24,000 nucleotides of DNA from Roseobacter sp. MED193 (lineage in GTDB: Bacteria; Pseudomonadota; Alphaproteobacteria; Rhodobacterales; Rhodobacteraceae): assembly GCF_000152965.1 (NCBI RefSeq), contig NZ_CH902583.1:717343-741342 (forward strand). Direction: 5' to 3'. The notes under the pieces are model-generated. The model saw nothing but the letters and a program-made list of their open reading frames with translations, did not search any database and was not told the origin of the DNA. Position 1 is the stretch's first letter. Each line of letters opens with the position of its first letter. Below, piece after piece: positions 10,611 to 17,181 of the stretch. The translations under genes and the position numbers were made by a program.

Positions 10611-11889
10611 AACGCAGCGCCTCCACCGGGTTCAGCCGCGCGGCACGCCGGGCGGGGAAAATTGTCACCACAAAGGAAAGCCCCAGCGACAGCCCAACGG
10701 CTGACAGAACATCCGGCAGGTTCAACTCAGCCGGCAGCGCATAGATCCCCCGGATCGAGGGGTCCCAGACGCCGCCGCCCATCACAAAGTTCACAAAGGA
10801 AAAGATCGGATCAATATAGGTGGCAAAGAGACAGCCCAGAACCACGCCAAACAGCGTGCCCAAGACGCCAGTAAAGGCACCGCAGATGAAAAAGACCCGC
10901 ATCACCGATCCCTCGCTCAGCCCGATTGTGCGTAAGATACCAATATCGCGACCTTTGTTTTTCACCAGCATGATCAGGCCGGAAACGATATTCATCGTCG
11001 CAATCAGCACCAGGATCGACAGGATGATGAACATCACATTGTCCTCGACCTCCAGCGCGCGCAAAAAACCACCCGAGGCATCGCGCCAGGTCCAGACACC
11101 GACGGCGCCCCCGGCCGCGCGCAAAAGCGGCAGAACCTTCAGGTCCACCCCTTCTGGGTCTTCGATCATCACCTCGATCTCATCCGCAACGCCTTCGCGG
11201 TTAAAAAAGCTCTGAGCCTCACCAAAGGGCATGTAAAGGCGGGTCCGGTCGATGTCATAGCGCCCGGCAGTAAAGATGTAGACCACCTCATAGGCTTTGA
11301 CTCTGGGGCTGGTGCCAAAGGGGGTTTTGACGCCATTGGGCGAAATCAGCTTGATGCGATCGCCAACGCTGACCCCCAGCTCTCGCGCCACGCCGGAGCC
11401 AATGGCAACGCCCTCTTGGAAAAGGTCCAGATCGCCGATGGCACCATCACTTTGTGCCACGCCTGGGATCGTCATGATGCCAGCCTTGGCAATGCCAAAG
11501 ACCTCAACACCGGCGTTTCGCTGGCGTGCATTGGCCATGACCTGCCCCTTGACCAGCGGCGCCGCGCGGATCACGCCGGGCACCTGGGCCACGCGGGCCG
11601 CCATCTCGTCAAAATCTTTGATGTAGCGCTCAAAATGACCAGCCTCGTTCAGCTCCCCATGGGCGTAGAGCGTCACATGGGCGTTAGCGCCCAGAATGGT
11701 GCCGACGAACTCTGAACGAAACCCCGAGCGCACCGCCAGCGTGGCAATGAGCGCAAATACCGCCAGCGTAATGCCGATGAGGCTGATCCAGGTCATAACA
11801 GACACGCCGCCCTCGGCCCGTCGCGCCCGCAGGTATCGCCAGGCAATCATCCATTCAAATCGCGCAAACGGCGGGGGGGTGCTGGCCAT
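10603..11889 (-). CDS. lolC: lipoprotein-releasing ABC transporter permease (LolC/E family)
   Basis: 428-aa MacB/FtsX-type topology: N-terminal TM, large periplasmic domain and three C-terminal TMs, ending '[16 protein letters not shown]'. It is coupled to lolD. Confidence 0.82.
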   Translation of the reverse strand: MASTPPPFARFEWMIAWRYLRARRAEGGVSVMTWISLIGITLAVFALIATLAVRSGFRSEFVGTILGANAHVTLYAHGELNEAGHFERYIKDFDEMAARVAQVPGVIRAAPLVKGQVMANARQRNAGVEVFGIAKAGIMTIPGVAQSDGAIGDLDLFQEGVAIGSGVARELGVSVGDRIKLISPNGVKTPFGTSPRVKAYEVVYIFTAGRYDIDRTRLYMPFGEAQSFFNREGVADEIEVMIEDPEGVDLKVLPLLRAAGGAVGVWTWRDASGGFLRALEVEDNVMFIILSILVLIATMNIVSGLIMLVKNKGRDIGILRTIGLSEGSVMRVFFICGAFTGVLGTLFGVVLGCLFATYIDPIFSFVNFVMGGGVWDPSIRGIYALPAELNLPDVLSAVGLSLGLSFVVTIFPARRAARLNPVEALRYE

Positions 11890-12076
11890 GATGGCTCCTG
11901 CTCACAGTTTTTTCGCCAAACTGGGCTTTCCAGCGCGCAGGGTCAAGCCACCGGACGCTTTGGCAGCTCTGTGACGCGCCCTACCCGCACCGGATCAGCA
12001 AAAGACCGCTGCCCAGCCTTGGCCCGGCTCACCTGCGCTGCCACGCCCGACATATTTTGGGGAACCCCGCCACAAG

Positions 12077-12109
12077 TGACCCAGCAGGTTTGCACAAAAC
12101 GCTGGGTCA
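12077..12109. promoter_or_regulatory. 9-bp perfect inverted repeat in the lolC/OYE divergent intergenic region
   Basis: 'tgacccagc' at 12077-12085 is the reverse complement of 'gctgggtca' at 12101-12109, with a 15-nt spacer. Confidence 0.3.
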
Positions 12110-12159
12110 TTCGCGGTTTGACCTCAAGTAAAACCTTTCTCGATCCCGGGGACTGCTAT

Positions 12160-12174
12160 TTGATGCAGCATCAA
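12160..12174. promoter_or_regulatory. 15-nt perfect palindrome TTGATGCaGCATCAA, candidate operator upstream of the OYE gene
   Basis: Read directly. It ends 55 nt before the ATG at 12230. The half-sites TTGAT/ATCAA resemble CRP/FNR-family boxes, but the spacing is N5 rather than the canonical N4. Confidence 0.35.
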
Positions 12175-12229
12175 GACTGTGGCGCTCAACGCCAGCCCAC
12201 CCCGATATTGAACAAAAAAGGATGCCCCA

Positions 12230-13339
12230 ATGGACCGTGCCGAGACCCTGTTTACCCCTGTCGACCTAGGCAAACTCAGCGTCAAGAACCGAATTGCAAT
12301 GGCGCCGATGACCCGGACTTATTCGCCAGGAAACATCCCTAACGAGGCTGTGGTATCCTACTATCAGCGCCGTGCAGAAGGAGGCGTTGGGCTGATCATC
12401 ACCGAAGGTACCTTTGTCAACCACGAGGCCGCCAGCGGCTATCCGAATGTCCCCGCATTTTATGGCAAGGAGGCGCTTGCAGGATGGAAAAAGGTCGTCG
12501 ATGCGGTTCATGCCGCTGGGGGTAAGATTGCACCACAACTGTGGCATGTCGGGGCTATTCGTCGCCCCGGTATCATGCCAGGCGGCGACACACCCGGTCA
12601 CAGCCCAAGCGGTATGGCCAAGCCGGGCAAGGTGACGGGTCATGCCATGACGCAGGACGACATCGACAATGTCGTGGCTGCCTTTGCCCAGGCCGCTGCC
12701 GACGCCAAGGAAATCGGCTTTGACGCGATAGAGCTGCATGGCGCCCATGGTTATCTGATCGACCAGTTTTTCTGGGAAGGCACCAACCAGCGCACCGACG
12801 GTTATGGCGGAGATCTGGCACAACGCTCTCGCTTTGCACTGGAAATCGTCCGCGCCGTCCGCGCCGCCGTCGGCGACGACTTCCCGATTATCTTCCGTTT
12901 CTCCCAATGGAAGCAGCAGGACTATTCTGTGCGGCTTTGTGAGACACCCGAGGCCCTGCAGGCTTTCCTCACGCCATTGGCAGAGGCTGGGGTTGATATC
13001 TTCCACTGTTCCACCCGCCGCTTTTGGGAACCGGAGTTTGAAGGGAGCGATTTGAACCTGGCAGGCTGGGCGCGCAAACTGACTGGCAAGCCCACAATCA
13101 CCGTCGGCAGCGTCGGACTGAATGCCGATTTCCTGCCCGAAGATGGCACCGCAGATTTCAAAGCAGCTGAACCCGCCAGCCTGGACCGTCTGATTGAGCG
13201 GGCTGAGCGCAATGAGTTCGACCTTGTGGCCGTGGGCCGTGCCCTGATTGCCAATCCCGACTGGGCCAACCAGGTGGCGGAGGGCCAAACTGAAGGGCTG
13301 GTCGCCTTTGAGAAAAAAATGCTGCACGAGCTGCGCTGA
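12230..13339 (+). CDS. NADH:flavin oxidoreductase, Old Yellow Enzyme family
   Basis: 369-aa ORF. 'LKNRIAMAPMTR', 'GVGLIITEGT', 'QLWHVG' and 'GFDAIELHGAHGYLIDQF' are hallmark OYE/NemA-like motifs. Confidence 0.85.
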   Translation: MDRAETLFTPVDLGKLSVKNRIAMAPMTRTYSPGNIPNEAVVSYYQRRAEGGVGLIITEGTFVNHEAASGYPNVPAFYGKEALAGWKKVVDAVHAAGGKIAPQLWHVGAIRRPGIMPGGDTPGHSPSGMAKPGKVTGHAMTQDDIDNVVAAFAQAAADAKEIGFDAIELHGAHGYLIDQFFWEGTNQRTDGYGGDLAQRSRFALEIVRAVRAAVGDDFPIIFRFSQWKQQDYSVRLCETPEALQAFLTPLAEAGVDIFHCSTRRFWEPEFEGSDLNLAGWARKLTGKPTITVGSVGLNADFLPEDGTADFKAAEPASLDRLIERAERNEFDLVAVGRALIANPDWANQVAEGQTEGLVAFEKKMLHELR

Positions 13340-13371
13340 GGTAAACTCAGCCTCCAGGCACCCTCATTGGG

Positions 13372-13401
13372 TTACCAACCAGCGCATCCTTTGGTTGGTA
13401 A
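13372..13401. other. 10-bp perfect hairpin between the OYE stop and the IS end
   Basis: 'ttaccaacca' at 13372-13381 pairs with 'tggttggtaa' at 13392-13401, with a 10-nt loop. It is AT-rich with no T-tract, so a terminator function is uncertain. Confidence 0.3.
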
Positions 13402-13410
13402 TGCCAGAAC

Positions 13411-13900
13411 TGAGCCTCCCCAACTGGACTGGTCCACCGCTATGTTTAGAAGACGGAGGACCAAGAATGGCAATCAAGCGACCGAAGCCCGAAGCCCGAA
13501 GCCCGAAGAGATTGTCTCGAAGTTACGACAGGTTGAAGTTTTGATGGGGCAAGGCATGCCCCGCCTGGATGCGATCAGACAGATCGGTGTCGTTGAGTAA
13601 ACCTATTATCGCTGGCGCAAGCAATATGGGGCAATGGGCGTGGATCAATTGAAGGAACTGAAGCGGCTCCAGAGGGAGAATGACCGTCTGAGGCGAGCTG
13701 TGTCGGATCTGACCTTGGACAAGCTGATCCTGACTGAGGCCGCAAAGGGAAACTACTAAGCCCCGCTCGTCGTCGCGCCTGCATCGATCATGTGCGCAGC
13801 CAGTTCAAAGTGTCTGAGCGCAGGGCCTGCCGCGTGCTGGGACAACACCGTTCCACACAAAGGCACATCCCGAGAGGCCGTGTCGATGAAGATCGTTTGT
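13411..13900 (+). mobile_element. IS3-family insertion sequence remnant (left end, orfA, first ~50 codons of orfB)
   Basis: The IRL-like terminus 'TGAGCCTCCCCAACTGG' starts at 13411. orfA encodes '...EEIVSKLRQVEVLMGQGMPRLDAIRQIGVVE*TYYRWRKQYGAMGVDQLKELKRLQRENDRLRRAVSDLTLDKLILTEAAKGNY'. The -1 frame continues 'LLSPARRRACIDHVRSQFKVSERRACRVLGQHRSTQRHIPRGRVDEDRL', and the similarity then stops near 13900. No right end is present. Confidence 0.8.
13467..13759 (+). pseudogene. IS3-family orfA (HTH transposase subunit), disrupted
   Basis: ATG at 13467 follows GGAGGA. A 14-nt expansion of the 7-nt unit 'gaagccc' (13484-13508) shifts the frame. There is an in-frame TAA at 13598-13600 where homologues, from memory, have Gln ('GVSEQTYYRWR'). 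Confidence 0.75.
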
Positions 13901-13930
13901 ACCCCGATGGCCAACGGCCATGCACGGCAA

Positions 13931-13964
13931 CGCCGTCACTCCAAGCAACGCGGGAGTGACGGCG
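13931..13964. other. 12-bp perfect GC-rich hairpin
   Basis: 'cgccgtcactcc' at 13931-13942 pairs with 'ggagtgacggcg' at 13953-13964, with a 10-nt loop. It lies just beyond the IS truncation point. Confidence 0.4.
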
Positions 13965-14108
13965 CTTGGTTTGCCATGCTCACCAGCGTTCTTGAGAGAA
14001 AATGACGAGTGACGGGCAAATGACAGCCCAAACTGAGAAGATCCCCCCATCATTTTTGATCATTTCATCGAAAGAGTTGAGCGCGTCCATTATGATCGCG
14101 ACCGAACC

Positions 14109-14135
14109 AGAAAAAAGGGCAAAGCCCTCTTTTCT
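14109..14135. terminator. bidirectional-looking intrinsic terminator hairpin
   Basis: 'agaaaaaagggc' at 14109-14120 pairs with 'gccctcttttct' at 14124-14135 (one mismatch) around an aaa loop. An A-run on one side and a T-run on the other flank it. Confidence 0.4.
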
Positions 14136-14429
14136 CGAACCATCATACGCATTTCAAAAGGAGACACTGCATGATCACTGATCATCTTAAACCGCCGTGA
14201 GCGGTCTATTCACGAATATTCGGAAGACACACCGAAACCGCTGCACATCGCAGCACACAACCTGAAATCCCGCCTAAGGGCGTATTTCCGCCCATTGGGG
14301 CAACAGACATGAACGCCAAGGGCGCATATCTGTCTGGGCCAATTCCCGCTGTTGCGGACCGTCCAGCCTGAGGGCTGCCGGTTGGCCATCAACACTAAAC
14401 AATAATTGAAACAACAGAAAGAAAAGGAG

Positions 14430-15323
14430 ATGGATAATCTCACTATGGACTTGGTGCATCTCACCAAGCGTAACCGTGATGGTAGTTCTGGGACGCAGAA
14501 GAACCGCCAACGGGGGCTGACCGCGATGGCGGCAGAACTGAAGCACCTGGGCTACACGCTGAAAACAGCCCGCTCGATCAAGCCAAAGCATATCAACGCC
14601 CTGGTTGAACACTGGCGGGATACGGGGCTTACCAAAGCCACTATTCGCAACCGCATGAGCTGGCTTAGATGGTGGGCACAAAAGGTGGACAAGATCTCGA
14701 TCCTGGACAAGGACAACGCCACATATGAGTTGAACGACGACCGAACAGAGCGCACCAATATCGCGTTTAGTCTGCATCCAGATCAATTGAATGCGCTGAC
14801 AGATCGGCATGTTCAAGCGGCTGTTATGCTACAAGCTGCTTTTGGTCTTCGCCGGCAAGAGGCCATGAAGATCATCCCGAAAGACGCGATCAAGGCTGAC
14901 AGCCTGAAACTCAAAGGAAGTTGGACCAAAGGCGGGCGTCCGCGCACTATTCCGATCACGTCACAGCATCAACGTGTGGTGTTGTTGGCTATTCGTCAGA
15001 TCGTTGAGGATGGCAGTCTGGTCCCAACAGAACGCAGCTATGCCCAGCACATGCGAATTTATGAACGCCAAGTGCACAAGGCGGGCATCGCCCGCGCTCA
15101 CGGCCTGCGTCACAAATACGCGCAAGCTCGTTGTGAAAAGCTTACAGGCATGAAGTGCCCCATCAACGGCGGTCCTGATCGCTCTTTAATGTCAGAGGAT
15201 CAATACGAACTGGATCGCCAAGCTCGCCAAAGGATCTCCAAAGAGCTGGGTCACAACCGAATTGAAATCACAGATGTCTATCTGGGGCGTCTGCAACAGG
15301 GAGGTGCCGTGTCATGTTCGTGA
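14430..15323 (+). CDS. tyrosine site-specific recombinase (plasmid/phage 'integrase' family without classical SAM-like N-domain)
   Basis: The catalytic signature is read directly: 'AFGLRRQEA' (Arg), 'AHGLRHKYA' (HxxR) and 'LGHNRIEITDVYLGR' (His...Tyr). The start is ambiguous between TTG 14406, ATG 14430 and ATG 14445. AAGGAG lies at 14424-14429. Confidence 0.8.
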   Translation: MDNLTMDLVHLTKRNRDGSSGTQKNRQRGLTAMAAELKHLGYTLKTARSIKPKHINALVEHWRDTGLTKATIRNRMSWLRWWAQKVDKISILDKDNATYELNDDRTERTNIAFSLHPDQLNALTDRHVQAAVMLQAAFGLRRQEAMKIIPKDAIKADSLKLKGSWTKGGRPRTIPITSQHQRVVLLAIRQIVEDGSLVPTERSYAQHMRIYERQVHKAGIARAHGLRHKYAQARCEKLTGMKCPINGGPDRSLMSEDQYELDRQARQRISKELGHNRIEITDVYLGRLQQGGAVSCS

Positions 15324-15424
15324 GCTTGTTCATCATTCTAGGAGAAGTGATCTGGCTGATTGCGATTGGGCTTCAATCCGTCCTGCATGGGCTGGCCGTG
15401 CTGATCAATAAGCTGATCCGATGA
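15314..15424 (+). CDS. possible 36-aa hydrophobic peptide (not in ORF track)
   Basis: ATG at 15314 lies about 10 nt after GGGAGG (15298-15303) and overlaps the recombinase stop. Translation by hand gives 'MFVSLFIILGEVIWLIAIGLQSVLHGLAVLINKLIR*', a single TM-like helix with a basic tail. Confidence 0.3.
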   Translation: MFVSLFIILGEVIWLIAIGLQSVLHGLAVLINKLIR

Positions 15425-15520
15425 AGGGGCTATCATCTATAGGTTGCATTTTGTATGAAGGAACTACCCTGGGGCTTTCCTTGGGGCATCGCGATGCTCC
15501 TCACCATGAGGAGTATTGTG

Positions 15521-15709
15521 ATGAAAATGTTGAGCAGACGGCAGGTGACTGAACTGGTTCTGCACTCACCGCAACACGTTGCACGTTTGGAAGCGGCAGG
15601 CCGTCTCCCTGTAAGGGTAAAGCTGGGCCACAACCGCGTGGGGTGGGTTGAGGATGAAGTCTTGGACTGGCTTCAACAGCGCATCAATGTCCGCAATCAA
15701 CAACACTAA
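15521..15709 (+). CDS. AlpA-family HTH regulator/excisionase-like protein (62 aa)
   Basis: ATG at 15521 follows GAGGAG (15508-15513). 'LSRRQVTELVLHSPQHVARLEAAGRLPVRVKLGHNRVGWVEDEVLDWL' fits the AlpA/Phage_AlpA pattern (HTH, then 'FP.p.klg.r.v.W...ev..W'). Confidence 0.75.
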   Translation: MKMLSRRQVTELVLHSPQHVARLEAAGRLPVRVKLGHNRVGWVEDEVLDWLQQRINVRNQQH

Positions 15710-15726
15710 CTCTCCTTGGCGAGAGC

Positions 15727-15758
15727 GAGGGCTGGCCGAGAGGCCAGTCCTCTTTTTT
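15727..15758 (+). terminator. rho-independent terminator after the AlpA-like gene
   Basis: An 11-bp stem pairs 15727-15737 with 15742-15752 (one G-U) around a GAGA tetraloop. It is followed by TTTTTT at 15753-15758. Confidence 0.65.
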
Positions 15759-16122
15759 AACTGATGCGCGGGACGGACGAGGCGATAAACTATTACCAAC
15801 CCCAGGCTGGCCTGGGGCTAATATGACGCGAACAGCCCGTAGCGAACCTTCAGCACTAGACCAGCATATGGCGGCGCGGCCCGCCATTATGGCCATTCGT
15901 ACAGGTCGCGGCATTTTTTCCTGCTGAAATGTTAGATTTTCGGACTTTGTTAACGTTCGAAATACTCCGCCGCTTGTAGTCCCGTGAGACGACAGAACCC
16001 TTTCTTCCATTTTGAACTGAGATTAGTGTTACTATCTTACGGTACATAATTACAAATTAGATTGGATATTTCGCTAAATTGATTTATGGAACCCACAGAC
16101 TTTCGACACGGAACTTAAAGAT

Positions 16123-16872
16123 ATGCTAACAAAGAATTCCACGTTGATTTTTAACTATTTTGATGAGGGTCGGCGCTTGATGAGGGAACACCTAGAAAGC
16201 GATCCGTATGAGAGCCTCAAGCAGAACGTTTATTCGGCGTCTTTTTTATCGCTACTCGAACACACATTGACGCCGATGATGAGTGAGCGGCGTATTAGAG
16301 TGTGGCATTATACCCATCTCTTAAATGACGAGATTGCATCGATGCAAAGAAGGCTGGTTCCCTCTTCACTAATCGGACTCGAGCAGCGGCTTGAATCACT
16401 AATAAATAGAAGGGTAATTTCAAAACAAGAAGCACAGATCATATACGATCAGAGTCCATTTCACCAACAAGGGGGCTTACGGTCCAATCGGGTCTACACA
16501 ACTACGGTTCCTTTTTCACCGGAGTATCCGGGCGTTGTACCTCTTCTGCAGAGCTGGGGCGGAGAGTCGGCCTATTTTTGGCTGTCCGACGAAGTTATTG
16601 CAGCGAAATTGAAAACTATCGGGACGCCACGTATTGTGGAAATCGAAACGGCACTAGAGGATGAGATGAACGCGTATTCTTCCGCGAGGACGGCCACCGA
16701 AGCATGGGCTAGAACTCTCGACGTAGCCGTGGAAGTTTTGAGTAGTGATCTTGCAATCATTGATTGCTTGGATACAGCCAAAGTTCTGCGTGTACATACA
16801 GCGGGCGATGGTGTTTTCGAAAAATTAGCTGCAAGTTACCCATCTGAATATAAGTCACAATTCACCAATTGA
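16123..16872 (+). CDS. orphan hypothetical protein (249 aa), low GC
   Basis: Clean ORF at about 45% GC in a roughly 60% GC genome, with an AT-rich upstream region. No family recognised. The spaced motifs 'RVWHYTHLLN' (H62/T64), 'RVYTTTVPF' (Y125) and 'IVEIET' (E173/E175) are noted under findings. Confidence 0.6.
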   Translation: MLTKNSTLIFNYFDEGRRLMREHLESDPYESLKQNVYSASFLSLLEHTLTPMMSERRIRVWHYTHLLNDEIASMQRRLVPSSLIGLEQRLESLINRRVISKQEAQIIYDQSPFHQQGGLRSNRVYTTTVPFSPEYPGVVPLLQSWGGESAYFWLSDEVIAAKLKTIGTPRIVEIETALEDEMNAYSSARTATEAWARTLDVAVEVLSSDLAIIDCLDTAKVLRVHTAGDGVFEKLAASYPSEYKSQFTN

Positions 16873-17139
16873 TGCCCAGACATTGATATTCATGTTGGGC
16901 TCTGATCTGCCTTGAGGTGGTGCAGCGAGTGTTTCCCCTTCTTTTAAGTCTTTTGGTTTGGCCTTTGTACCATTTTGTAGAAAATTAGCTATGCGAACTT
17001 AGATATACTCACGTTAGAGCGGAAAAACTCGGGTGTTGAGCAAAGCCCTGCGGCAAGGTCTTTTTGTGATAGAGGCAGGCCGCAGTCTGGTAGGCTTGTA
17101 TGAAGGGAGGGCTGACTTGACCTGGATTATACATCAATT

Positions 17140-17178
17140 TCAGAAAGAAAAACGCGAAATCAACCTGGACTGAGGTTG
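17140..17178 (-). terminator. possible terminator of the HNH gene
   Basis: A 'caacct'/'aggttg' hairpin at 17161-17178 lies 3 nt after the stop on the minus strand. A T-rich tract ('cgtttttctttc') follows after an 8-nt gap. Confidence 0.3.
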
Positions 17179-17181
17179 TCC

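Noticed and set aside
11971-12342. 123-aa plus-strand ORF in the lolC/OYE intergenic region
   Set aside because: It is out of frame with and overlaps the OYE start, and it is Pro/Arg/Cys-rich with no SD. The region is more likely promoter and operator DNA.
12266-13327. 353-aa minus-strand ORF
   Set aside because: It is an antisense shadow of the OYE gene, which has clear family motifs. The product has no motifs and an odd composition.
13349-13356. 'gcctcca' resembling a tRNA 3' end just after the OYE stop, as a possible distal att copy
   Set aside because: The preceding sequence has no T-arm (no GTTCGAnnC) and does not match the tRNA-Cys acceptor strand.
14274-14816. 180-aa minus-strand ORF, plus an 85-aa ORF at 14210-14467
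   Set aside because: They are antisense to the tyrosine recombinase gene, which has a complete catalytic signature.
13372-15801. Shared 9-mer 'ttaccaacc' at 13372-13380 and 15793-15801 as possible direct-repeat att sites bracketing the IS/recombinase/AlpA segment
   Set aside because: Only 9 nt match and the flanking bases differ on both sides. A chance match between two ~100-nt regions is not negligible (order of a few percent). It is worth checking only if comparative data point to these boundaries.
16011-16050. Sigma70-like promoter (TTGAAC ... TATCTT / CATAAT) upstream of the 249-aa gene
   Set aside because: The spacing is non-optimal, and in DNA this AT-rich such hexamers arise easily. 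It is not supportable without transcription data.
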